64,000 nucleotides of DNA from Eledone cirrhosa (lineage: Eukaryota): assembly GCA_964016885.1 (NCBI GenBank), contig OZ024756.1, forward strand, positions 6,324,001 through 6,388,000, given 5' to 3'. A program made the translations under genes and the position numbers. The notes under the pieces were generated by a model. The model searched no databases. It worked only from the letters and a program-made list of their open reading frames with translations, and was not told where the DNA came from. Shown here in pieces: positions 52,121 through 64,000 of this stretch. Every line of letters starts with the position of its first letter. Within the stretch, counting starts at the first letter, position 1.

Positions 52121-52740
52121 AGGTATATATTGAGTTAGAAACTCAAAATAGTCTCTTACAATAAAATAGCTCTAAGAAAGAGATTTTTCCGAGCCGTATA
52201 TTATAATTGAATATAAAAGAAGCACGAACACAGATATATAGATATAGGTGTTCAAATCTTAAGGGAGCTGATTCGCTAAGGTGCAAAGAATACTAACTAT
52301 AGACAATAGGGTTTGCCAGACTCAATTTAAGAATAAATCAAGAAAATGAATACAAACCGGAATTGTGGTAACTACCAATCACCCAGGCAGCTTTTGGTAA
52401 TGCTGTTTCGCAAAATTAATTGTGAAGAGGAATACCAATTCTTGCTCATCAGTGGGTGAAGAATTAGTATCCTGGACACTTCTAAGTATATTAAAAACTG
52501 AATAGTGTGCGTATATATAATAACGCACATGGTATCTGAACTTAGCATGTCTCACAAACTCACACCACTAAAAATAACAGCCAGGTTTACTCGACATTTG
52601 AATTAGCTCAACAAATTAACGAATATATCAAAGGTATATATTGAGTTAGAAACTCAAAATAGTGTCTTACAATAAAATAGCTCTTTGAACACATGTATAT
52701 ATATATCTGTGTTCGTTTTTCTGTTATATATATATAATAT
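52121..52740 (-). mobile_element. Retrozyme-like family R2: 511-bp unit with 53-bp terminal redundancy and 5' inversion
   Basis: Direct repeat 52121-52173/52632-52684; central HHR. Segment 52685-52740 resembles the reverse complement of ~52198-52255. Confidence 0.72.
52379..52459 (-). ncRNA. Type I hammerhead ribozyme with full stem III (U16.1 is C in this copy)
   Basis: Reverse complement TCACCCA-CTGATGA-GCAA..TTGC-GAAA-CAGC(attaccaaaa)GCTG-CC-TGGGTGA. Confidence 0.78.
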
Positions 52741-53096
52741 TATTCAAAATACTAATAAATGAGAAATATTATCATAACCAAAATATATATTGTATTATAC
52801 ATATTTCAAAGGTACAATGGTGTTTCAGTACATTTTCATCAGATAAGAGATTGGGTATACGACATACCGCTAAGGTACTTGAATCTTCAATTCCTAGGAA
52901 TATATTTTATCTGATGAAAACGTATTGAAACACCATTGTACCTTTGAAATATGTACAATACAATATATACTTTGATTATGATAATATTTCTCATTTATTA
53001 ATATTTTGAATAATATAGATACTCCAGATAAATAATTTATGGAGTGCTTCTAATCTATTATAAAATTAAATCAAAAATGTTTTAACATTCCAAGTG
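52738..53096. mobile_element. Fold-back pLTR element with opposed HHRs (related to 35681-36142)
   Basis: Arms ~52738-52846/52907-53016; CTGATGA on minus at 52836-42 and on plus at 52911-17; tail ATACTCC..GGAGTGCT. Confidence 0.78.
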
Positions 53097-53192
53097 AAGT
53101 CGTTCTTTTCTTTTTTTTCCAAATATATATATATATATATTATATATATATATTATATATATATATTATATATATATATTATATATATATAT

Positions 53193-53223
<31 letters not shown>

Positions 53224-53407
53224 CGGGTAAAATTCCCGAGAACCATGTGCGAGTTCTTTCCAGCGGTCTCTGTCCCTCATTATCGCTGCCATGATAATGG
53301 GTTTTTAAACCTGAAAATATTTGGGATCATTAAATTTGCTAAGGTAAGATGTTTTTGCTATCTTGGCGATGTAATGTTTTTTCTAGTGCATTGTTTGGTT
53401 TGCAAAA

Positions 53408-53455
<48 letters not shown>

Positions 53456-53737
53456 GCAGACAAACTTTACCAATAACATTTCGTATAACTTCCGCGTTCT
53501 TTATACATATATATATATGTATCGCTAAAAAGCTTTCTCCGATATTGTATTTATATATGTATATATATAGTTATATAGACAGTTTTAGAGAAGAAGCCAT
53601 ACATCCTTAACAAAACCTATACACCTTTGACATGTCCGTTTCCTCTGCCAAATTGATTCCTAATTTTCATTGTCCTCCATTTTCTCTGGCAACATTCTTG
53701 ATTAGTTGCCAGGCTCAGTCACTCTGTCACATGTAAT

Positions 53738-53774
<37 letters not shown>

Positions 53775-53781
53775 TGGAGGA

Positions 53782-53821
<40 letters not shown>

Positions 53822-55250
53822 TGGAGGAGGAAAGAGAGAGAGAAGGGAGAGAGAGAGTGGTAAGTTGCACTGTCACATGCAATTAGAGCCGGCACAAGAG
53901 TGAAGACGGTATATATAGCAGAGAGAGAGGGGGGGGCGAGAGAGAATGGATTGTAGAGAGAGGGGCGAAAGAGACATGGAGAGTAAAGAGAAGGGCGAGA
54001 GAGACGGAGAGAGAGGGGCGAGTAGAGAGATGGGGCGAGTAGAGAGAGGGGCGAGTAGAGAGAGGGGGATAGTAGAGAGAAGGGCGAGTAGAGAGAGGGG
54101 GCGAGTAGAGAGAGGGGGAGAGTAGAGAGAGGGGGCGAGTAGAGAGAGGGATCGAGTAGAGAGAGGGGGCGAGTAGAGAGAGGGACCGAGTAGAGCGAGT
54201 AGAGCGAGTAGAGCGAGAGGGGGCGAGAAGAGCGAGACGGGGCGAGTAGAGCGAGAGGGGGCTAGTAGAGCGAGAGAGAGGGCGAGTAGAGCGAGAGAGG
54301 GGGCGAGTAGAGCGAGAGAGGGCGAGTAGAGCGAGAGGAGGCGAGTAGAGAGAGCGGGGGCGAGTAGAACGAGAGGAGGCGAGTAGAGAGCGGGGACGAG
54401 TAGAGAGAGAGCGGGGGCGAGTAGAGAGAGAGGGGGCGAGTAGAGAGAGTGGCGAGGAGAGTAGCGAGGAGAGTAGAAAGAGGGGCGAGAGAGGCATGGA
54501 CGAGTAGAAAGGGGGCGAGTAGAGAGAGGGGCTAGTAGAGAGAGGGGCGAATAGAGAGAGTGGCGAGAGAGGCATGGAGAGTAGAAAGAGGGGCGAGAGA
54601 GGCATAGAGAGTAGAGAGAGGGGCGAGAAAGACATGGGGAGTAGAGAGAGGGGCGAGAGAGACTTGGAGAGTAGAGAGTGGGGCGAGAGAGGAAAGAGAG
54701 GCGAGAGAGAAAGGAAAGAGCGAGAGAGAGAAAGGAAAGAGCAAGAGCGCAGAAAGGAGAAAGAAGAGAGGAGAAAGAGGAGAGGAGAAAGAGGAGAGGA
54801 GAAATAGGAGAGGAGAAAGAGGAGAAACATTAAGAGGAGGGGAGATGGGGAGGGAGGGGAGATGGGGAGGGAGAGGAGAGAGAGGAGAGGGGGAGAGAAA
54901 GGAGAGGAGTGGGAGAATAAAGTGGACAGGGAGAGATCTCAGTCGCTCTGTCACATGCAATTAGAGCCGGTACAAGGGACAAGACTGTATATATAGCAGA
55001 GAGGGAGAGACTAGAGATAGTGAGACAGAGAGAGAGACGTAGAGAGACGGGGGGAGAGAGACAAAGATAGAGAGGGGGAGAGAGAGACATAGAGAGGATA
55101 GAGGGGGATACGGGAGCAGAGAGGGGGGGAGAGAGACAGAGAGAGAAATGGAGAGACAGAGAGAGATACATAGGGAGTGAGAGAGAGTAGAAAGAAACAT
55201 GGAGAGTAGAGAGAGATACAGAGAGAGATAGAGAGAGAGAGAGAGACACA
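53738..55250. repeat. Purine-rich (GA)n / GGCGAGTAGAG minisatellite
   Basis: Direct reading. The Ser/Leu/Pro ORFs are artefacts. Confidence 0.93.
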
Positions 55251-55583
55251 CATAAAAGTACAACAAACAAAAACAATAAGAAACCCAAACGAGGCTCAGA
55301 AATTTGAACCAATTCGCCATGTTTACATTGTCTCACTGTTTTAAATGTCAGACAATATTTAAATCAGGCGTGGTTTATATCAAATGAGCTTTATATCAAA
55401 CTATGTTAATAACACACATATATATATATGTGTGTGTGTGTGTGTGTCTGTGTGTGTGTGTGTGTGTATATATACACACACACACACCTCGAACTTTCTT
55501 CTTTCCAATATAAAGCGTGGAACTTATAAGATTTTTATACCTATTTTGTGGTCTACTTGAACTATATCTCTATCCCTCTACAC

Positions 55584-55630
<47 letters not shown>

Positions 55631-55631
<1 letters not shown>

Positions 55632-55801
55632 AATCAACATATGTTGATTTAAAACTGCACTATCCACAAGTGTTTTTTAACCTTCATATCATGTCCTCCT
55701 ATTTTATCTGATGAAAACACAAATATTATTGCATGATGATGTTTGTTTTTGAAATGCGCATAATAAAATACATGGAACTCTTTTAACCATCTTTTGTTCT
55801 T
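55631..55801 (+). mobile_element. Solo pLTR of PLE family B with complete HHR (55700-55770)
   Basis: TATTTTAT-CTGATGA-stem II-GAAA-TGCGCA-TA-ATAAAATA; begins with the perfect 20-bp palindrome AAATCAACATATGTTGATTT; bridges 30893-30969 and 28417-28467. Confidence 0.85.
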
Positions 55802-55902
55802 ATATATATATATACGGCATGGAATTTGTTTCGCAAGGTTTGTTATACAAAATCGTGTGTTGAAACAAACATTTTTATATTTGGAGAGTCATATTGTTAT
55901 AA

Positions 55903-56090
55903 TATTGTTTCTACGTTAGGCACAAGGCCAGCAATTACCCAGTGCATTACTGGTACTTTATTTTATCGACCCCGTAAGGATGAAAGGCAAAGTCAACCTC
56001 GGCGGGATTTGAACTCAGATCGTAAAGGGACGTAACTATGCTGGAAAGCATGGCGTCCGACCCTCTACCGATTCTGCCAATCCACCACCC
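55903..56090 (-). mobile_element. tRNA-derived SINE with 14-bp TSD, inserted in a PLE tail fragment
   Basis: TSD TCATATTGTTATAA at 55889-55902 and 56091-56104. The flank 55822-55900 resembles the reverse complement of 12175-12250. Confidence 0.88.
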
Positions 56091-56120
56091 TCATATTGTT
56101 ATAACATTGCCAGAAATATA

Positions 56121-56300
56121 TAATTATTTCTACTTTTGGCACAAGGCCAGCAATTATTCCAGTGCATTACTGGTATTTTATTTTATCGACCCCGTAAGGA
56201 TGAACGGCAAAGTTAACCTCGGCGGGACTTGAACTCAGATCATAAAGGGAGGTAACTATGCACCAAAGCATGGCACCCGACCCTCTACCGATACTGCCAA
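56121..56300 (-). mobile_element. tRNA-derived SINE
   Basis: Same family as 55903-56090. Confidence 0.85.
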
Positions 56301-56564
56301 AACATGCCCAGTCTGGTTGGGGGTTGATTTTCTCTTCCGTATATTTTATATCCCTATAGTTAATTTATCTGGCAATCAATGTTTATCATTGATACCAGTA
56401 TTGATTATGGTACTTATTTTTATGGATGTCATTTGCATCGAACCGTTTCGTTATGGGACCATGTGGTGGGATTGAACTCCGGACAAACTAGTTGCACAGC
56501 CCACTACTTAACTGCTAGTCAAAGCATATATATATACACACTGGCTGAACTAATCAGCCACGTA

Positions 56565-56633
<69 letters not shown>

Positions 56634-56861
56634 CCATGAATGTATGTATATATATGAATATATATATTTGGCAATCTACTGTATGTTTAATTATGGTATA
56701 ATGCCAAATATACTATACGTACATTCATGTATACATTGCTATTTCAGAGCACCAATGACTTACTAAAGTAAACAAACCATTATCCGGATGGCCTCCAAAA
56801 ACAACGGTCACCTTTTTGAAAGGGTATGTCAATTATCTATTTGTAAAACTGTTATATATTG

Positions 56862-57127
56862 TATTTTGTCTGATGAAGGCATACCATGATTTAACTTGGT
56901 ATCCTTGAAATATATATAATTGTTTCTACTTTAGGCACAAGGCCAGCAATTACCCAGTGTATTACTGGTACTTTATTTTATCGACCCCGTAAGGATGAAA
57001 GGCAAAGTGAACTTCGACGGGATTTGAACTCAGATCGTAAAGGGACGTAACTATGCTGGAAAGCATGGCGTCCGACCCTCTACCGATACTGCCAATCCAC
57101 CGCCTTTGAAATATATATAATGAAATA
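56862..57127 (+). ncRNA. Hammerhead ribozyme split by a SINE insertion
   Basis: TATTTTGT-CTGATGA(56870-76)-AGG.ATACCA..TGGTATCCT-GAAA-TATATA-TA; the stem I partner ATGAAATA resumes at 57120. Confidence 0.7.
56921..57105 (-). mobile_element. tRNA-derived SINE with 16-bp TSD
   Basis: TSD TTGAAATATATATAAT at 56905-56920 and 57106-57121. Confidence 0.9.
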
Positions 57128-57146
57128 AATATTCCATTTATTAATA

Positions 57147-58026
<880 letters not shown>

Positions 58027-58172
58027 CGAGGGTAGGCTATAAAGGTCATAGGCTGAACAAGATACTCTCATGGAATGACCAAATGAGGTTTATTTTATAA
58101 AAACATGAAGTTATTAATAGTAAAGAGTTGAAATTAATACATGTAAGATTTCACAGCCCTAGCATCACTCCT
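58027..58172 (+). mobile_element. Mariner-type MITE, partial
   Basis: TA-CGAGGG..GGCT..AAAGGTCATAGGCTGA terminus; homologous to 61565-61901. Confidence 0.65.
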
Positions 58173-58324
58173 TCCTTGTAAGGTTATGACGTTGTGTGTA
58201 TGTATGTGTGTATGTGTGTATGTGTGTGTGTGTGTGTCAGTGATAATTTTACTGAATTTGATCGAGGAGTTCAATTAAAAATGTCACAGTTCAAAAACGT
58301 ATAGGTAAACTTCATTGTTGATGT

Positions 58325-60520
58325 TGTTATACATGTAGCTGTTATTGTGGTAGTTGTTGTTACACATGTAGCTGTTATTGTGGTAGTTGTTATACATGTA
58401 GCTGTTATTGTGGTAATTGTTATACATGTAGCTGTTATTGTGGTAATTGTTATACATGTAGTTGTTATTGTGGTAGGTGTTGCTATTGTTGTTATTCAGG
58501 TAGCTATTTTTGTGGTGGTAGTTATACATGTAGCTGTTATTGTGGTTGTTGTTATCATACATGTAGCTGTTATTGTGGTTGTTGTTATCATACATGTAGC
58601 TGTTATTGTGGTTGTTGTTATCATACATGTAGCTGTTATTGTGGTTATTGTTATACATGTATCTGTTATTGTGGTTGTTGTTATACATGTAGCTGTTATT
58701 GTGGTAGTTGTTGTTGTTATACATGTAGCTGTTATTGTGGTTGTTGTTATACATGTAGATGTTATTGTGGTAGCTGTTATACATGTAGCTGTTATTGTGG
58801 TAGTTGTTGTTATACATGTAGCTGTTATTGTGGTAGTTGTTATACATGTAGCTGTTATTGTGGTAGTTGTTATACATGTATCTGTTATTGAGGTCGTTGT
58901 TATACATGTAGCTGTTATTGTGGTAGTTGTTGTTGTTATACATGTAGCTGTTATTGTGGTAGTTGCTGTTATACATGTTGCTGTTATTGTGGTAGTTGTT
59001 GTTGTTATACATGTAGCTGTTATTGTGGTAGTTGTTATACATGTTGCTGTTATTGTGGTAGTTGTTGTTATACATGTAGCTGTTATTGTGGTAGTTGTTG
59101 TTATACGTGTAGCTGTTGTTGTGGCAGTTGTTATACATGTAGCTGTTATTGTGGTAGTTGCTATTCATGTAGCTGTTATTGTGGTAGTTGTTGTTGTTAT
59201 ACATGTAGATGTTATTGTGGTAGTTGTTGTTATACATGTAGCTGTTATTGTGGTAGTTGTTGCTGTTATACATGTAGCTGTTATTGTGGTAGTTGTTATA
59301 CATGTAGCTGTTATTGTGGTGGTAGTTATACATGTAGCTGTTATTGTGGTAGTTGTTGTTATACGTGTAGCTGTTGTTGTGGCAGTTGTTATACATGTAG
59401 CTGTTATTGTGGTAGTTGTTGTTATGCATGTAGCTGTTATTGTGGTAGTTGTTATACATGTAGCTGTTATTGTGGTTGTTGTTATCATACATGTAGCTGT
59501 TATTGTGGTAGTTGTTATACATGTAGCTGTTATCGTGGTAGTTGTTATTCATGTAGCTGTTATTGTGGTAGTTGTTATACATGTAGCTGTTATTGTGGTA
59601 GTTGTTATTCATGTAGCTGTTATTGTGGTAGTTGTTATACATGTAGCTGTTATTGTGGTAGTTGTTGTTATACATGTAGCTGTTATTGTGGTTGTTATAC
59701 ATGTAGCTTTAATTGTGGTAGTTGTTATACATGTAGCTGTTATTGTGGTAGTTGTTATACATGTAGCTGTTATTGTGGTAGTTGTTATACATGTAGCTGT
59801 TATTGTGGTTGTTATACATGTAGCTTTAATTGTGGTAGTTGTTATACATGTAGCTGTTATTGTGGTAGTTGTTTTACATGTAGCTGTTATTGCTGTTGTT
59901 GTTTTTATTGTATTTGTTATTGCTGTTGTATTTGTTATTGCTGTTGTTGTTATTGATGTTATTGTTGTTATTGTATTTGTTATTGATGTTATTGCATTTG
60001 TTATTGCTGTTGTTGTTATTGCTGTTATTGTTGTTAGTGTTGTATTTGTTATTGCTGTTGTTGTTGTTATTGCTGTTATTGTTGTTATTGTTGTATTTGC
60101 TATTGATGTTGTTGTTGTTATTGCTGTTATTTTTGTTATTGTTGTATTTGTTATTGCTGTTGTTGTTATTGCTGTCATTGTTGTATTTGTTGTTGTTATT
60201 GCCGTTATTGCTTTTATTGTAGTATTTGTTATTGCTGTTGTTGTTGTTATTGCTGTTATTGTTGTATTTGTTATTGCTGTTGTTAATATTGTTGAGGCAG
60301 CAACTCTCGTTGTTATTGTTTCTATTATTATTGCTGTTATTATTGTTGTATTTGTTATTGCTGCTTCTTTTGTAAATGTTATTGTTGTATTTGTTGTTAT
60401 TGTTGTACCTTGGTTTGTAAATGTTGTTGTTGTTGTTATAGCTGTTATTGTTGTACCTTGGTTTGTAAATGTGGTTGTTGTTGTTGTTGTTGTTGTTGTT
60501 GTTATTGTTATTGTTTGTTA
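58325..60520. repeat. ~30-bp minisatellite GTTATACATGTAGCTGTTATTGTGGTAGTT grading into (GTT/ATT)n
   Basis: Direct reading; unit length varies in steps of 3. Confidence 0.95.
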
Positions 60521-60603
60521 ATGTTTTCCATTCTATCGGATTTGTTAGTGTAAGTTGTTATAATATTGTCTGGGGAAATATCAACCAGGTTTTCAGTCTA
60601 CAA

Positions 60604-60641
<38 letters not shown>

Positions 60642-60684
60642 ACATACACACACATGTAAACAGAGACATTCGAAGATAATGGGG

Positions 60685-60718
<34 letters not shown>

Positions 60719-60799
60719 TATATATAAATGTATGTGTATATTCATTAATACATTTCTATGTAGGTGAAACTTATAGGTCCTGACATATTGTTTACTTTT

Positions 60800-61150
60800 T
60801 GCATACATTAATTCATACATACATATTCATACATGCATACATACACATACATATTCATACATACATGCATACATACATACATACATACATTAATACATAC
60901 ATACATACATATTCATACATACATACATACACATATTCATACATACATACATACATAGATACATACATTAATACATACATACATACACACATACAAACAT
61001 ACATACATACATTAATACATACATACATACATTAATACATACATAGACATACATACACACATTCATACATACACACATTCATACATACATTCATACATTA
61101 ATACATACATACATTAATACATACATACATACACACATTAATACATACAT
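60800..61150. repeat. (CATA)n microsatellite
   Basis: Direct reading. Confidence 0.93.
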
Positions 61151-61271
61151 ATCTAGGTGAATAATGAATGACATGTAAATAAAAATATATATTAACCACA
61201 CATATAGCTTTGTTTAATTGTATATGATACTAAACACACACAACTATTACACACACACAATATATATAATT

Positions 61272-61318
<47 letters not shown>

Positions 61319-61564
61319 CGTGTGCCGCGTGTGTGTGTGTAAAAGGTAAACAGAAATAACAAGACAATCGGTACCAGATATGGAAGGAATATATTAGGTT
61401 AACGCTTGAAATAGCAGGAAGAGGGTCTTAACGTTTCGAACTCTAGTCCTTCATTAGAAGAAAGAATGAGAAATTAGAACGATTGAAGGGGCAGGCGGGG
61501 TAGAATTGGAAAAAATATGTTTTTAGAGAAAAAATAACAGGTCCATTTATGTTGACATCTCTTT

Positions 61565-61901
61565 GGGCTGAAAGGTTTATAGGTTGACTATGAAGTCGCT
61601 GTGATGCTAGAGCTGTGAAATCTTACATGTATTAATTTCAACTTTTCTTAGTAATAACTGTATTGTTTCTTTTCAGGGACTATGTTTAAAAATAAACCTC
61701 ATTTGGTCATTCCATGAGAGTATCTTGGTCAACCTATGAAGGAGTGACACTAGAGCTGTGAAATCTTACATGTATTAATTTCAACTCTTCTTATTAATAA
61801 CTTCATTGTTTCTTTCCAGGGACGATGTTGAAAAGTAAACCTCATTTGGCCATTCCATGAGAGTATCTTGGTCAAGTTATGACCTTATCAACTGACTCTC
61901 G
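61565..61901 (-). mobile_element. Mariner-type MITE with internal ~140-bp tandem duplication
   Basis: Ends CTCTCG-TA; the block CTAGAGCTGTGAAATC..GAGTATCTTGGTCAA is present twice. Confidence 0.65.
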
Positions 61902-61978
61902 TATCGTACAATGTCAATATTAACTACGTCATACATAGAAAAGGATGTTGTGAGGGTGGTGGGGGTATACCAGTAATA

Positions 61979-62158
61979 TAATTGTTTCTACTTTTAGGCA
62001 CAAGGCCAGCAATTACCCAGTGTATTACGGGTACTTTATTTTATCGACCCCGTAAGGATGAAGGGCAAAGTTAACCTCGGCGGGATTTGAACACAGACTG
62101 TAAAAGGGACGTAACTATGTGTCAAAGCATGGCGTCCGACCCTCTACCGATGCGGCCA
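61979..62158 (-). mobile_element. tRNA-derived SINE
   Basis: Same family as 56921-57105. Confidence 0.85.
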
Positions 62159-62533
62159 GGAGAATGACCGCCATTAATATAATGAGGAGAGGTATGTTTA
62201 CCAGTCTGATCGTTGGTGTTGTTAAATATGTGTAGAATAGACTTGCCTATAAAGTGCGCTTTAGGAGATTCGGACTGTATCTGTAGTTATACATACATAC
62301 AGAAATAGATACATATATACACACACGTACTACGTACATACATACATACGCAAATACACTCATACACATATACATACGTACATACATACATACATAAATA
62401 CATACATACCTCAATACATACGTACGTAAATACGTCTATACGTATAAATACGTATAGACGTATATATATGTATACGTATATAAATAAATATGTACGTATT
62501 TACATACATATATATCTATGTATATATATATAT

Positions 62534-62927
62534 AACTTTGAATAACTTTGAAATGTTTTGGCCAGTATTGGCCCAGGCCATGTCTAACTTAATAGCACCA
62601 CCTGGCGAAGTCTTTCAATTCAGGATTTGGGCACCATGGCCCATTCGAGAAGAGAATTACTGTTTGCGGAGACATATCCGGGTGTCGGTGGTTTGTCCGA
62701 GATTACTTGGAGGAATTTGTCCAAAGACTTCTTGAATTTTGTGTGGTCAGTTTCTGTTTTGACGTGTCCTGGTGTGATGTTGAAGAGAGCAGGGCCGATT
62801 GAGGTGAAATAATTGTGCCGTATTGTTGTTATGAGTTGCGATTTAGATTTTTGAATGGGACGGATAGCACGGGGCCCAAGCCTTGGGTGTATCTTGAAGG
62901 CGATGCCAACATCATTTGGGCAGTGAT
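62534..62927 (-). mobile_element. 3' fragment of the CR1-group LINE
   Basis: Near-identical reverse complement of ~23108-23502. Confidence 0.93.
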
Positions 62928-62928
62928 T

Positions 62929-63257
62929 GGGAAAATAAAAAAGATTATGTATATACATATATATGTACATATATATGTATATACGTACATATATATGTAT
63001 ATACGTACATATATATGTATATACGTACATATATATGTATATATATACATATATATGTATGTATATACATATATATGTACGTATACACATATATATGTAC
63101 GTATATACATATATATGTACGTATATACATATATATGTACGTATATACATATATATGTACGTATATACATATATATGTACGTATATACATATATATGTAC
63201 GTATATACATATATATGTACATATATATGTATATACATAATCTTTTTTTATTTTCCC
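62929..63257. repeat. Inverted repeat enclosing a mirrored 20-bp minisatellite
   Basis: GGGAAAATAAAAAAGATTAT / ATAATCTTTTTTTATTTTCCC. Left units ATACGTACATATATATGTAT; right units are their reverse complement. Confidence 0.85.
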
Positions 63258-63437
63258 GTCGGTTTACAAAGCAACCATACATACTCACATGATATGTGTG
63301 TATGTATGTATTTGTGTATGTATGTATGTGTGTGTGTATGGTTGTGTATATGTGTATGTGTACATATGTGTATTGTATATATGCATGGATACTGCTTTCA
63401 ATTAGCAATTATGTACACATGATTATACATGCATACA

Positions 63438-63494
<57 letters not shown>

Positions 63495-63696
63495 ATACAT
63501 GTATGTATGTATGTATCTATATAGTTTTCAACTGGTATGTATCAATGTGCGTGCTAGCGTACCTGTGTATGTGTGTGTGTGTACGCGCATAGGTGTTATA
63601 TGAATGTATGTATACATGTTCGCATACATGTTAATATGTTAATATACAAGTATGTATATATGTGTTTGCATACATGTATGTTTGTAAGTTAGTACG

Positions 63697-63779
<83 letters not shown>

Positions 63780-63817
63780 ATGTGTGTATGTATACATGTA
63801 TGTTTGTAAGTTAGTAC

Positions 63818-63883
<66 letters not shown>

Positions 63884-63922
63884 ATGTGTGTATGTATACA
63901 TGTATGTTTGTAAGTTAGTACG

Positions 63923-63989
<67 letters not shown>

Positions 63990-64000
63990 ATGTGTGTATG

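Noticed and set aside
54961-55320. Signal-peptide-like ORF MANWFKFLSLVW
   Set aside because: Runs into CT low-complexity sequence with only a weak donor; insufficient evidence for a CDS.
56921-57105. tRNA genes suggested by A/B boxes (also at the other SINE copies)
   Set aside because: No complete cloverleaf; they are followed by the SINE core and flanked by TSDs.
61425-61460. HHR in the short pLTR-like repeat
   Set aside because: The core reads CTAATGA (G5 lost), so it is treated as a dead copy, as is the copy near 44375-44410.

Overview
Eukaryotic, very repeat-dense genomic DNA. The tRNA-derived SINE and RTE 3' ends resemble those of octopod cephalopods (inference from recalled consensus sequences). 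The first ~27 kb is mostly degenerate (TA)n microsatellite with a 200-N gap at 10621-10820, so nearly all long Ile/Tyr, His/Thr and Val/Cys ORFs in the track are artefacts. Embedded in it are two families of Penelope-like elements (PLEs; RT plus GIY-YIG, pLTRs, 5'-inverted pLTRs), a CR1-group LINE with ~790 open codons, decayed and non-autonomous RTE LINEs, SINEs, a non-autonomous Helitron, hAT and mariner MITEs, and minisatellites. One candidate host terminal exon lies at 45766-45945. The main hidden signal is RNA-structural. About 20 complete, half or degenerate type I hammerhead ribozyme (HHR) motifs can be read by eye, from roughly ten sequence families. They include (i) a tandem ~430-nt non-coding retrozyme-like family that carries its own TA microsatellite, (ii) a second ~511-nt terminally redundant retrozyme-like unit, and (iii) a set of 'fold-back hairpin plus unique tail' insertions in (TA)n. 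One fold-back occurs in flip and flop loop isomers, and several share an ACTC...GAGT tail hairpin. All coordinates and pairings were read manually and may be off by a few bases; no database search or folding program was run.
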